Below, one piece after another: positions 16,883 through 26,244 of a DNA stretch of 64,000 bases. This stretch comes from Nannocystis bainbridge (GTDB lineage Bacteria; Myxococcota_A; Polyangia; Nannocystales; Nannocystaceae), in NCBI RefSeq assembly GCF_028368995.1, contig NZ_JAQNDL010000004.1, positions 416,001 through 480,000 of the forward strand. Direction: 5' to 3'. Both the position numbers and the translations under genes were made by a program. Each line of letters opens with the position of its first letter. Position 1 is the stretch's first letter. The notes beneath the pieces were generated by a model. It was not told where the DNA came from. It searched no databases and was given only the letters and a program-made list of their open reading frames with translations.

Positions 16883-18310
16883 TTCGGGGCAGCGGCGCTG
16901 GCGCTGGCGCTCGGCTGCGGGCCGCCGGCGGTCGAGGTGCTGCCGGGGGTCAAGGCCGACCTCGGGTCGGGCGCGCCGAGCCCGGTCGGCGAGCCGACGC
17001 CGGCGCGGTCCGAGGGCGACTGCGCCGGGCTGGCGGCGGGCGCGGCCGCGGGCTCCGGCGAGGACGCGGTGCTGCTCGTTTGGACATGTCCGGAAGTTCA
17101 GGCGAGTCCGGCGGCGCTGCGGGCCGCGCTGCTGCAGGCGGGCAGCCCGGCGGAGGCGGCCGCGCTGGCGCCGAAGCTGGCGGCGGCGCCCGATCTGGCG
17201 GGGCTGGCCCGGCTGGCGGCGATCGATCGCCCGGCCGCGGGCTCGCTCAACCCGGCGGAGGCGCCCGACCCGGTCACGGCGATCGTGAGCCCGATCGACG
17301 AGGCGGTGCTCGGCGGGGTGCTGCGAGCGATCGGGGCCCAGACAGCGAGCGGGCTGACGCACGAACAGCGGACGCGGTCGGCGGCGCTGCTGGCCCGGGT
17401 CCACCGCGAGGCGCTGGCGCAGCTGGGGCTGCCGCCGGACCAGCCGCTGCCGCCGTTCGGGCGCCTGCTGGCCGGGCGGTTCCTCCACTTCGGTCGCGGG
17501 TTCTGTCAGACGTACTGGCAGCGGCGCGTGGCCGGGCTCGAGCCGCTGTTCGCGGCGACCGAGGACGAGCTGATGCGGGTGATGCTGGCGGTGGAGCGCA
17601 CGGCCCACGCGGGTGACGACGCGCTGCTGGCGGTCGAGCGCCAGCGGGCCCGCCGTTACTTGCAGGGCAGCGGGGTGGCGGAGCGGCTCAAGTCGCGCGG
17701 GGTGACGCAGACGCCCGAGGCCCTGCTGCCGCTGCCGAACGAGCTCGATCGCCTGGCCGACCACGGCTTCGTCGAGCTGGCGCTGCAGCGGGCGCTGTTC
17801 CTCGCGGGCGAGCAGCCGGCGCCGTTCGGGCTCGTGCCGGTGATCGAGTCGCTGCAGGCGATCCTGAGCCAGCGCGATCTGGGCGAGTTCCAGGCGCTGC
17901 TGACCCGCAGGATCGGCGAGTCGCGCAAGCTGGTGCCGGCGCCGCCGGAGCAGGGGACGCGCGAGTGGCCGGTGCGCGTGCCGTGGAGCTGGTCCGACGC
18001 GAGCTCGGTGGCGACCGCGGCCGAGACGCTGTGCGAGGAGGCCGACGCGGCCCAGGGGACGTCGCGCCAGCGCGGGCTGTGGCGGGCGGTGCTGGCGCTG
18101 CGCGACCGGCCCGACGCGTGCCGCGAGCTGCTGCGCCGGGCGCAAGCCGGCGGGCTGGCGGCCCGGCTGGCGCGGGCGGTGCTCGACCGCCTCGACGACG
18201 ACAGCCTGGCCGGGCTGCGCACGCGCACGGCGGCGCGCGAGGCCGGCGAGGCGCAGGTGCGGCGGGCGTTCGCGCTGGCGAGCCGCGACGCCGGGCTGTT
18301 GCCGCGCTGA
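16877..18310 (+). CDS. hypothetical lipoprotein, helical
   Basis: MSFGAAALALALGC lipobox; ATG supplied by the last array unit; alternative GTG at 16805. Confidence 0.7.
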   Translation: MSFGAAALALALGCGPPAVEVLPGVKADLGSGAPSPVGEPTPARSEGDCAGLAAGAAAGSGEDAVLLVWTCPEVQASPAALRAALLQAGSPAEAAALAPKLAAAPDLAGLARLAAIDRPAAGSLNPAEAPDPVTAIVSPIDEAVLGGVLRAIGAQTASGLTHEQRTRSAALLARVHREALAQLGLPPDQPLPPFGRLLAGRFLHFGRGFCQTYWQRRVAGLEPLFAATEDELMRVMLAVERTAHAGDDALLAVERQRARRYLQGSGVAERLKSRGVTQTPEALLPLPNELDRLADHGFVELALQRALFLAGEQPAPFGLVPVIESLQAILSQRDLGEFQALLTRRIGESRKLVPAPPEQGTREWPVRVPWSWSDASSVATAAETLCEEADAAQGTSRQRGLWRAVLALRDRPDACRELLRRAQAGGLAARLARAVLDRLDDDSLAGLRTRTAAREAGEAQVRRAFALASRDAGLLPR

Positions 18311-18600
18311 GGCGCGGAGGCGCGGAGGCTCGCGGCCGCGCTGGGGCGCGGAGGCTCGCGGCCGCGCTGGGGCGCGGAGGCGTCGCAGAGGCGCGGAGGC
18401 GACGCAGCCGCGCAGAGGCGACGCAGCCGCGCAGAGGCGCGGAGGCGACGCAGAGGCGACGCAGCCGCGCAGAGGCGACGCAGCCGCGCAGAGGCGACGC
18501 AGCCGCGCAGAGGCGCGGAGGCGACGCAGAGGCGACGCAGCCGCGCAGAGGCGACGCAGCCGCGCAGAGGCGACGCAGAGGCGCAGAGGCGACGCGGCGC
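18311..18600. repeat. compound tandem repeat of GCAGAGGC / GCGGAGGC / GAC / GCAGCCGC modules
   Basis: Recurrent 19-bp GCAGAGGCGACGCAGCCGC unit, preceded by a duplicated GGCGCGGAGGCTCGCGGCCGCGCTGG. Confidence 0.9.
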
Positions 18601-18619
18601 GACGCGCTTGCGCGCGCGT

Positions 18620-18769
18620 GAGCATGTTCTTTCGGACATGTGGAATCCGAGCGGGCGCACACGGCATGTTCGAGAGAACATGTAGTTCCAGACATGTCTC
18701 TATGGACATGTCCTCGAAGGCATGACCTATCGGGCATGACCTATCGGGCATGACCGATCGGGCATGTCA
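18620..18769. repeat. 14-bp-period GGRCATGYCC array (11 positions)
   Basis: CATG at 18623,18637,18665,18679,18693,18707,18721,18735,18749,18763; 18651 is degenerate but phase is kept. Confidence 0.93.
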
Positions 18770-21226
18770 TACGGCAGGGGCGTGTGCTGTCAGCCAGGCG
18801 GCGATCTCGCGCTGGCGGCGAGGGTTGCGGATGGCGTGGGCGTCGCGCTCGGCCTGGCGGGCGAGGGCCAGGGCGCGGTCGCGCTGGCTCGGTTCGTGGT
18901 CCCACAGGGCGCGGGCGAGGGCGAAGTGGGCGATGGTGCGGATCAGCGGCTGCTGCGAGCGCTCGGCCAGCGAGTGGGCGCGCTCGAGGTCGTCGAGGGC
19001 GCGGGCGATGGCGCCGCGGCCGAGCTGCAGCATGCCGGTGGCGGCGAAGTACTCGGCGTAGTCGAGGCGGTCGTTGCCGAAGGTGGCGATGATCTGCGGC
19101 AGGGCCGGCTCGAGCAGCCGTGCGGCCTCGTCGAAGTGGCCGAGCTCGAAGTGGGCGAGGCCGAGGTTGGCGTGGGCCATGCACGCGAACGGGTGGCGCT
19201 CGCCGAGCAGGCTGTCGAGCCCGGCGCTGGCCTCGTGGAGGACGGCAGCGGCCTCCTCGACCCGGCCGATCGAGCGCAAGGCCTCGCCGAGGCCGATCTG
19301 GGTGATCCGGATCGGCAGCGGCTCGTCGGGCGCGGTGCGCTGGCGCAGGGCGATGCCGCGGCGGTACAGGTCCTCGGCCTCGGCCAGGCGGCCCTGGGCG
19401 GCGCGCGAGTTGGCCAGATTGTTGAGGAGCTCGGCCTCGATGCCGATCTCGGGCGGGCGCCGGGCGATCAGGGCCCCGGCGATCGCTGCGGCGCGCTCGG
19501 CGGCACCGAAGTCCTGGAGGCCGTAGCCCTGGACGTGGACGTCGGTGACGAGGGCGCGAAGCTCGATGGCGTCGTGGCCGGCGCGGATGCTGGTGAGATA
19601 GGCGGCCCACAGCGAGCTGGCGGACTGCTGGGGCTCGCCGGTGTCGCTGAAGATCCGCCCGCGCCAGAACAGGGCCTCGGCGAGCAGCGGCGGGTAGTCG
19701 GTGGCCTCGGCGGCGTGGATGGTGCGCTCGACGAGGGCGACGGCGCGGTCGATCTGACCGGCGAGGAACAGCGCCTCGACCTGGGCCAGGTCGCGCTGCA
19801 GCAGCTGGACGCGGGCGGCGACGGCGGGGTCGCTCGGGAGGCCGAGGCGGCGCTGTTCGTCCATCAACGCCGTCGGGTCGCCGCACGAGGCGACCGAGCG
19901 CAGCCCGGCGACCGCCTGGGCGGCGTTCATCACGGTGTTGCGATCGCCCTCGGCGAGCACGTCGACGAGCGCGTCGAGCTCGGCCCGGCGGCGCTGCAGG
20001 CAGTGCATCTGCAGGTCGAGCGCGGCGCTCGAGCGCTCGCCGGCGCGGTGGGCCTCGCAGGTGCGCACGTGCAGCTCGGTCCACTCGGCGGCGTGGGCGT
20101 CGAGGTCCTGTCGCGTGCGCGCGACGGTGTCCGCGGCGAACACCAGGCCGGTCGCCAGCATGGCGCGCTCGACCGCGGCGCTGCGGCTGTCGTCCCACAC
20201 GCCGACGAGGTGCTCGGCGGCGTCACGGCAGCTGCCGGCGGCGCCGGCCTGGACGAACGCGATCGCGGCGGTGCCGAGGCCGGCCACGGCGAGGGCCCAG
20301 CGCATGCGTCGGCGGCCGCGATCGGGCGCGGGCGCCAGCTCGGCCAGCAGGTCGTGCATGGTCGGGAAGCGCTGGTTGGGATCGCTGTCGAGGCCGCGCA
20401 GCACGGCCCGCTGGACCTTGGGCGGCACCGGGGTGCGCGCGGGGATCGGGACGCGCTCGCCGAGCAGGACGCTGCGGCTGACCTCCTCGATGGTGCTGCC
20501 GGGGAACGGGCGGTAGCCGAACATCGCCTCGAACAGGGCCACGCAGAAGCCGAACTGATCGGTGCGCGCGTCGGTCGGCTCGCGCAGGAACTGCTCGGGC
20601 GCCATGTAGGCGGGGGTGCCGATCAACGAGCCGGCGGCGGTCATGCGCAGGATCGATTTGCCCGACTCCGAGATCGTGGCGCTGAGCTCGTCGCCGCCGA
20701 GGCCGACCGGCAGGGCCAGGCCGAAGTCCATGACGCGGACGCGGCCGTCGCCGCCGATCATGAAGTTGTCGGGCTTGACGTCGCGGTGGACGATGCCGGC
20801 GCCGTGAGCCGCGGCCAGGCCGCGACCGGCCTCCACGAACACCGCGAGGATGTCGGACCACGAGCGCGTCTGCTCTTCGAGCCAGGTGGTGAGGGTGCGG
20901 CCGTGGACGAACTCGAGGGCGATGAAGATCTGGCTGTTCCACTCGCCGACGTCGTAGATCTGGATGACGTTGGGGTGCGACAGCTGGGCCAGCGCCTGGG
21001 CCTCGCGCAGCAGGCGGGCGCGGCCGGGGAGGTCGCCGCTGAGCTGGCGACGGACCAGCTTGACGGCGACGCGACGGTCGAGCAGCTCGTCGTAGGCGCT
21101 GTAGACGACGCCCATGGCGCCCTCGCCGAGGCGGCTGAGGACGACGTAGCGGCCGAACCGCAGCGCGTTGGCGTCAGGCTCGCTCGAGCCCGCTCCGCCG
21201 CCGGTCGCCGTGGTCTCGTCGGCCAT
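18767..21226 (-). CDS. serine/threonine protein kinase with TM segment and TPR repeats
   Basis: LGEGAMGVVY, VAVKL, HRDVKPDN, DFGLA, GTPAYMAPE; C-terminal TPR-like LNNLA/HANLG repeats. Confidence 0.95.
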   Translation of the reverse strand: MADETTATGGGAGSSEPDANALRFGRYVVLSRLGEGAMGVVYSAYDELLDRRVAVKLVRRQLSGDLPGRARLLREAQALAQLSHPNVIQIYDVGEWNSQIFIALEFVHGRTLTTWLEEQTRSWSDILAVFVEAGRGLAAAHGAGIVHRDVKPDNFMIGGDGRVRVMDFGLALPVGLGGDELSATISESGKSILRMTAAGSLIGTPAYMAPEQFLREPTDARTDQFGFCVALFEAMFGYRPFPGSTIEEVSRSVLLGERVPIPARTPVPPKVQRAVLRGLDSDPNQRFPTMHDLLAELAPAPDRGRRRMRWALAVAGLGTAAIAFVQAGAAGSCRDAAEHLVGVWDDSRSAAVERAMLATGLVFAADTVARTRQDLDAHAAEWTELHVRTCEAHRAGERSSAALDLQMHCLQRRRAELDALVDVLAEGDRNTVMNAAQAVAGLRSVASCGDPTALMDEQRRLGLPSDPAVAARVQLLQRDLAQVEALFLAGQIDRAVALVERTIHAAEATDYPPLLAEALFWRGRIFSDTGEPQQSASSLWAAYLTSIRAGHDAIELRALVTDVHVQGYGLQDFGAAERAAAIAGALIARRPPEIGIEAELLNNLANSRAAQGRLAEAEDLYRRGIALRQRTAPDEPLPIRITQIGLGEALRSIGRVEEAAAVLHEASAGLDSLLGERHPFACMAHANLGLAHFELGHFDEAARLLEPALPQIIATFGNDRLDYAEYFAATGMLQLGRGAIARALDDLERAHSLAERSQQPLIRTIAHFALARALWDHEPSQRDRALALARQAERDAHAIRNPRRQREIAAWLTAHAPAV

Positions 21227-21370
21227 AAACGGCGGCAGCTTACCCGATGCAGGCGGCCGCCGGCGCCCCGGGGACGTGCGTCGGCCAGGGCGCGCGCGGG
21301 TACGGCCGAGCTCACACGATCGAACTCACGCGGCCGGACGGGCGCATGATGCGCGGCCGCGCGCGCGCGG

Positions 21371-21436
21371 CTGCCTGTGCCGGAGGACATGTCCTCGGGG
21401 GCATGTCCGAATCGACATGGCTATTTGAGCATGTCC
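21371..21436. repeat. 14-bp-period array (5 units)
   Basis: CCTG 21374, CATG 21388, 21402, 21416, 21430; overlaps the rhomboid stop. Confidence 0.88.
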
Positions 21437-23025
21437 GCAAAGGCACGCGAGTGCCGCGGCAGGAACAGGGCCCCGAGGACCACGCCGGCGGCGATGCCGG
21501 CGGCGTGGGCGGTGCCGCTGACCTCGGGGGTGAAGCTGTCGAACACGACCTGGAGTCCGAACAGGATGGCGAGCGCGACCAGCTCGGTGCGGCCGATCGG
21601 GGTCGACCGGAGGTCGCGCCGCAGCAGCAGGGCGGCGATCACGGCGCCGCCGAGCGCCATGATCGCCCCGGAGGCGCCGATCAGCAGCAACGGGCTGGCC
21701 GGGTCGCGCAGGAGCGCCACGGCGAGGCCGCTGAGGGCGGCGCTCAGCACGTAGATGGCGGCGAGGCGAGCCCGGCCGAACAGCACCTCGACGAAGGTGC
21801 CGAAGCGCCACAGCATCAGGACGTTGAGGGCGAGGTGGAGGACGCCGACGTGCAGCAGCGTCAGGGTGCCGAGCCGCCAGACCTCGGACGGGCCGAAATC
21901 GCCGGTGTACAGGGCACCCCAGGCGTAGGCGTGCTCCGTGTCGTAGGGATCGCCGACGCTGGCGTAGATGGCGTAGAAGCCGACGAGCACGGCCATCCAC
22001 GCCCAGGTGAGGCGCGGGCGGATGGCGTGGCGGCCGAGGAAGGTCGAGACGGCGCGCAGGGTCGGAGCGCCGCGGCGCAGGGCGGCGAGGCGGTGGTCGA
22101 GCGCGGGGCTAGGGGTGGTGGCCGGCCGCGGCGGGCGGCGCACGATCATGGCGTCGAGCGAGGCGAGGGTGGAGCGGGCGATCCGGTGCTCGCCGTGCTG
22201 CTCGAGCGCGCGCGCGAGGGTGCGACGGGCGGCGTCGGGGCGGCCGGCGCACCACTCGGCGAGGGCGACGCACAGCTCGCGATCGCCGCGCGCGAGGTAC
22301 ATGCCGAGGCCGTCGGCGAGGGCGCAGGTGCGGGCGACGTCGCCGGCGAGGGCGTGGGCCTGGATGACGAGGCGAGCGAGGCGCTCGAGCTGCTGGAAGG
22401 TGGGGTCGCCGGCGAGCGCCCGCGCGAGCGCCTCGGCGAGGGCGTCGCCGCTGGGGTCGGTGCAGGCGACGCTCTGGACGTAGATGGCGCCGAGGCCCTG
22501 GGCGAACAGGCCGGCGCGCTCCTCGGGATCGGCGAAGGCGGCCTTGACGGCGTCGACGTCGCGGCGGTTGTGCAGGAGGACGATGTCGAAGGCGCGCCGC
22601 ACCTGCGGCAGGCCGTGCGAGACGCGATCGAGCTCGGCGGGCGGGACATCGTCGCCGGCGCGCAGGGCGAGGATGGTCGGCAGCGCGGCCAGCTCCTCGC
22701 GCACGACCCGGGTCGGGTGGATCCGCGCGAGCACCCAGGCGAGCCGCCGCGCCCGCACCTCGTCGCCGGCGCCGATGGCCCGGTGCAGCCGCGTCTGCAG
22801 CGAGACGGGGGCGATGATGAAGAGGAGGTAGAGGCCGAAGGCGACGAAGCCGGCGCTGACGGGCTCGATCCACCACGCGAGCGCGGCGGCGAGGACGATA
22901 AAGGCGACGAGCAGCCAGCCGGTGCGCGCGTGCGGCAGGCCGACCCGGCGCAGGTAGAGGGCGTAGCCGAATAGCCCGATCGCGGTGACGATCAGCAGCG
23001 GGAGGGCGAGGGCGTCGATCGGCAC
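21421..23025 (-). CDS. rhomboid-family intramembrane serine protease with N-terminal extension
   Basis: WRL, HLALN, IGASGAI (Ser), AHAAG (His) in the C-terminal part. Confidence 0.88.
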   Translation of the reverse strand: MPIDALALPLLIVTAIGLFGYALYLRRVGLPHARTGWLLVAFIVLAAALAWWIEPVSAGFVAFGLYLLFIIAPVSLQTRLHRAIGAGDEVRARRLAWVLARIHPTRVVREELAALPTILALRAGDDVPPAELDRVSHGLPQVRRAFDIVLLHNRRDVDAVKAAFADPEERAGLFAQGLGAIYVQSVACTDPSGDALAEALARALAGDPTFQQLERLARLVIQAHALAGDVARTCALADGLGMYLARGDRELCVALAEWCAGRPDAARRTLARALEQHGEHRIARSTLASLDAMIVRRPPRPATTPSPALDHRLAALRRGAPTLRAVSTFLGRHAIRPRLTWAWMAVLVGFYAIYASVGDPYDTEHAYAWGALYTGDFGPSEVWRLGTLTLLHVGVLHLALNVLMLWRFGTFVEVLFGRARLAAIYVLSAALSGLAVALLRDPASPLLLIGASGAIMALGGAVIAALLLRRDLRSTPIGRTELVALAILFGLQVVFDSFTPEVSGTAHAAGIAAGVVLGALFLPRHSRAFADMLK

Positions 23026-23098
23026 GCAGCCGCAGGGTAGCCGAGCGCGGGCAGGTCGGGGTAGATCGATCGGCGTGCTGAAGCGGGCGGCGGTGCGG

Positions 23099-23959
23099 AT
23101 GCAGTCGGCGATCGCGGTGGCGATCGCGGTGGTGGCGTCGGTGCTGGTGCTGGCGGTGGCGCCGTGGTGGATGGTGGTGATAGGGCCGCTGGTCGGGCTC
23201 GGCTACCGCGCGGCGGCGCTGCGGCCGATCACGCGGCGCGAGCGCGTGGCGCTGGCGCCGGTGCCGGAGACCTGGCGCGAGCTGCTGAGCCGGCGGGTGC
23301 CGTTCTACGAGCGGCTGACGCCGCCGGCGCAGCGGCGCTTCGAGGGCGACGTGGCGGTGTTCCTGGCCGAACACCGGATCTATGGGCCGCAGGGGTCGGA
23401 GGTGCCGGAGGAGGTCAAGCTGATGATCGGGGCCGGGGCGGCGATGCTGTGCCACGGGCGGCCGGACTGGGAGTGGCCGCACGTGCGCGACATCGTCGTC
23501 CACCCGACGCAGTGGAACGAGGACGGCGAGCCCGGCGACCACCACGGGATCGCCGGGCAGGTCCACCTGCAGGGGCCGGTGCTGTTCTCGCGCAAGCAGA
23601 TCCGGTTCGGCTTCCGCAAGCCCGACGGCGAGAACGTGGTGCTGCACGAGCTGGCCCACGTGCTCGACATGGCCGACGGGGCCGCCGACGGGTCGCCCGA
23701 CCGGTTCGCGTGGTCGGCGGTGCCGGGCTGGGAGGATCTGGTCAAGAGCCGCTTGAAGTCGGTCCGTCGCAAGCAGGGCGGGCCGCTGCGGGCGTACGCG
23801 GGGACCAACTCGGCGGAGCTGTTCGCGGTCGCGGTCGAGGTGTTCTTCGAGCAGCCGCAGCGCCTGCGCAAGCAGGACCCGCAGCTCTACGAGGCGCTGG
23901 CGACGCTGTTCAACGTCGACCCCGACACGGGGGTGCTGCGACGGGCGCTGCCGGAGTAG
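23099..23959 (+). CDS. MtfA/peptidase M90 zinc-dependent peptidase
   Basis: DGENVVLHELAHVLD, YAGTNSAELFAV, EVFFEQP; N-terminal TM segment. Confidence 0.88.
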   Translation: MQSAIAVAIAVVASVLVLAVAPWWMVVIGPLVGLGYRAAALRPITRRERVALAPVPETWRELLSRRVPFYERLTPPAQRRFEGDVAVFLAEHRIYGPQGSEVPEEVKLMIGAGAAMLCHGRPDWEWPHVRDIVVHPTQWNEDGEPGDHHGIAGQVHLQGPVLFSRKQIRFGFRKPDGENVVLHELAHVLDMADGAADGSPDRFAWSAVPGWEDLVKSRLKSVRRKQGGPLRAYAGTNSAELFAVAVEVFFEQPQRLRKQDPQLYEALATLFNVDPDTGVLRRALPE

Positions 23960-23969
23960 GCTGGCCCTA

Positions 23970-24050
23970 CAGGGTGTCCTTAAGGACAGGTTGATTCTCA
24001 GGAGGATGTCCCACGGGACAGGTCGGTTGCCTGTCCCGAAGGACATCCGG
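23970..24050. repeat. three pairs of 14-bp-spaced TGTCC-N4-GGACA units
   Basis: Core pairs 23973/23987, 24005/24019, 24030/24044; convergent junction. Confidence 0.8.
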
Positions 24051-24053
24051 CGA

Positions 24054-24404
24054 TCAGATCGGCGTGGCCGACAGCACGCGCGCGGTGCAGACGGCGCCCG
24101 CGGTGGCGACCTCGACGACGAGCGGGCGGGGCTTGCCGTCTTCCATGGCGGGCAGGCGGACCGCGACGGTGGTGCGGAGGGCGGTGGCGGGGGCGGCGAA
24201 GCCGATCACGTGCTGCTGGCCCTTCTCGCTGCTGTCGATGCCGTGGAGGACCGCGCGGGCGTCGGGCTGCTGGGGATCGCGGGTCAGCTCGACGGACAGG
24301 ACGACCACGAAGTCCCGCGGCGAGGCATTGACGAACACAGAGCCCTGGACCGGGTGGTTGGGGTCCAGCGAGGGGTTGGAGAACACGACGTCGTACGCGC
24401 TCAT
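24054..24404 (-). CDS. hypothetical protein
   Basis: MSAYDVVFSNPSLDPNHPVQGSV...; ATGA overlap with the upstream gene. Confidence 0.65.
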   Translation of the reverse strand: MSAYDVVFSNPSLDPNHPVQGSVFVNASPRDFVVVLSVELTRDPQQPDARAVLHGIDSSEKGQQHVIGFAAPATALRTTVAVRLPAMEDGKPRPLVVEVATAGAVCTARVLSATPI

Positions 24405-24802
24405 GCCGGGGAGCTTAGCGCCACTCGCCGCAGGGCTGCCGCGGCGAGGGCGTCGAGCACGGCGGGGTCGCTGGCGAGCGCGTCGCCGGCGAGCGCGATC
24501 TCGAGGCTCGCGTGGTCGCGCTGGACCCGGGCGACGAGCTCCGGGACGTCGCGCTTCAGGTGGCGCCCGCCGCCGGAGAGGAACACCGGCACGACGACGA
24601 CCCGCCGCACGCCGGCCTCGCCGAGGCGCGCGACGACGTCGCCGAGCGCGGGGCCGTGCTCGAGGGTGGCGAGCGCGATCGCCAGCGCGGGGGCGAGGAC
24701 GCGCAGGCGCTCGGCGATCTGCTCGACCGGGGTCAGCCAGTCGGGATCGGGGCTGCCGTGGGCGAGCAGCGCGAGCGCGAGCTCGGGGCGGGGGTCGCTC
24801 AT
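24401..24802 (-). CDS. CbiX/SirB-like small chelatase
   Basis: LLAHGSPDP, VVVVPVFLSGGGRHLKRDVP. Confidence 0.85.
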   Translation of the reverse strand: MSDPRPELALALLAHGSPDPDWLTPVEQIAERLRVLAPALAIALATLEHGPALGDVVARLGEAGVRRVVVVPVFLSGGGRHLKRDVPELVARVQRDHASLEIALAGDALASDPAVLDALAAAALRRVALSSPA

Positions 24803-26004
24803 GACCGGGCCGCGCGCAGCTCGACGGCGAGGATGGCCTCGTGATCGCGGAGCCGCTGCAGGCACTCCTCGCTCGGCGCGACCTCGAAGGTGATGGTGGC
24901 GCAGGCCGCCTCACCGCCGGCGAAGATGGTGTTGCTCATGCCCTGGACGTTGACCCGCTCCTCGCGCAGCGCCATGAGGATGCCGGCGAGCACGCCGACG
25001 CGATCGAGGTGGCGGACGACGAGGCTGTAGCGAGCGACGCGCTCGTTGAGGTTGACGGCGTGGTGGACGATGCCGCGGGCGACGAAGCTCTCGATGATGC
25101 GCACGACCTCGTCGCTGATCGCCGACTCGGCCTGCTCGGTCGAGGCGCCGATGTGCGGGGTGGCGTAGACGTCGCCGTGTTCGCCGGCGATGTTCTTGAA
25201 GTCGGCCTGGCCGCCGGCGGGCTCGCCCTCGAAGACGTCGAGGCCGGCGCGCAGCCGACCGGCGCGCACGGCCTCGGCGAGGGCCTTGTCGTCGACGACG
25301 CCGCCGCGCGAGGTGTGGATCAGGGTGGCGCCCGGCCGCATGCGCGCGAGCTGCTCGGCGCCGATGTAGTGGTGGTTGGTCTTGGAGTAGGGGACGTGGA
25401 CGCTGACGATGTCGCTGACGTCGAGCAGCGCGCCGAGGTCGGCGACCTGGATCGCGCCGTGGGCCTCGAGCACGTCGGGCGCGATCGGGTGGTTGGCGCA
25501 GGTGACGATCTTGAGGCCAAAGGCGCGGGCGCGGACGGCGACCTCGCGGGCGATCATGCCGAAGCCGACGAGGCCGAGGGTCTGCCCCTTGAGGCCGCGG
25601 GCCTTGCCGTACTTGCTCTTGTTCCAGGTGCCGTGCCGCAGCTCGAGGGTGGCGTCGACGATCCGCCGGTCGAGCGCGAGGATCAGGCCCATGGTCAGCT
25701 CGGCCACGGCGATCGCGTTCTTGCCGGGGCAGTTGGCGACGAAGATGCCGCGACGGCTGGCGGCGGCGGTGTCGATGGTGTTGGTGCCGGCTCCGGCACG
25801 CACGACCAGCGACAGCGGCGGGGAGGCGGCCAGGGCGGTCTCGCTGACCACCGTCGAGCGGACGACGAGGATGTCGGCCTTCGTCTCGCCGAGCGCGGCA
25901 GGCAGCTGCTCGGCGCTCAACTCGGGCCGGTAGACGACCTCGCCGAGGCGAGCCAGGACGTCACGACCACTCGGAGGAAACTTGTCGGCGATCAGCACCA
26001 GCAT
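24799..26004 (-). CDS. serA: D-3-phosphoglycerate dehydrogenase with ACT domain
   Basis: RAGAGTNTID, NAIAVAEL, GLVGFGMIA, LDVFEGEP, TPHIGAST, HLDRVGVLA. Confidence 0.85.
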   Translation of the reverse strand: MLVLIADKFPPSGRDVLARLGEVVYRPELSAEQLPAALGETKADILVVRSTVVSETALAASPPLSLVVRAGAGTNTIDTAAASRRGIFVANCPGKNAIAVAELTMGLILALDRRIVDATLELRHGTWNKSKYGKARGLKGQTLGLVGFGMIAREVAVRARAFGLKIVTCANHPIAPDVLEAHGAIQVADLGALLDVSDIVSVHVPYSKTNHHYIGAEQLARMRPGATLIHTSRGGVVDDKALAEAVRAGRLRAGLDVFEGEPAGGQADFKNIAGEHGDVYATPHIGASTEQAESAISDEVVRIIESFVARGIVHHAVNLNERVARYSLVVRHLDRVGVLAGILMALREERVNVQGMSNTIFAGGEAACATITFEVAPSEECLQRLRDHEAILAVELRAARS

Positions 26005-26092
26005 GGCGGCCATCCATACCATGCCCGCTGCTCGCGCCGTCGTGATCGCGCGCGCTTGCGAGGGGCAATCTTGCGGTTGTATTGGTGGATGA

Positions 26093-26113
26093 ATTACGGA
26101 TTTGTTTCGTAAT
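26093..26113. promoter_or_regulatory. inverted repeat in an AT-rich divergent intergenic region
   Basis: ATTACG-N9-CGTAAT inside a conspicuously AT-rich patch at about 26075-26145. Confidence 0.4.
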
Positions 26114-26244
26114 CTTGGACGATAAAATAGGAAGTCTTGGATGATGGTGGGTTCGGGCGCAGCGCCGCAGCGCGGATGGCGGGCGGGTGACTGCGTCGGC
26201 GCAAGACACTGGCGGTGTTTGCGAGATCTCGCTATGGGTCGCCG

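Noticed and set aside
18620-18769. GGRCATGYCC matches the eukaryotic p53 half-site RRRCWWGYYY
   Set aside because: Bacterial context and no p53-like gene seen; treated as coincidental similarity of a short palindrome.
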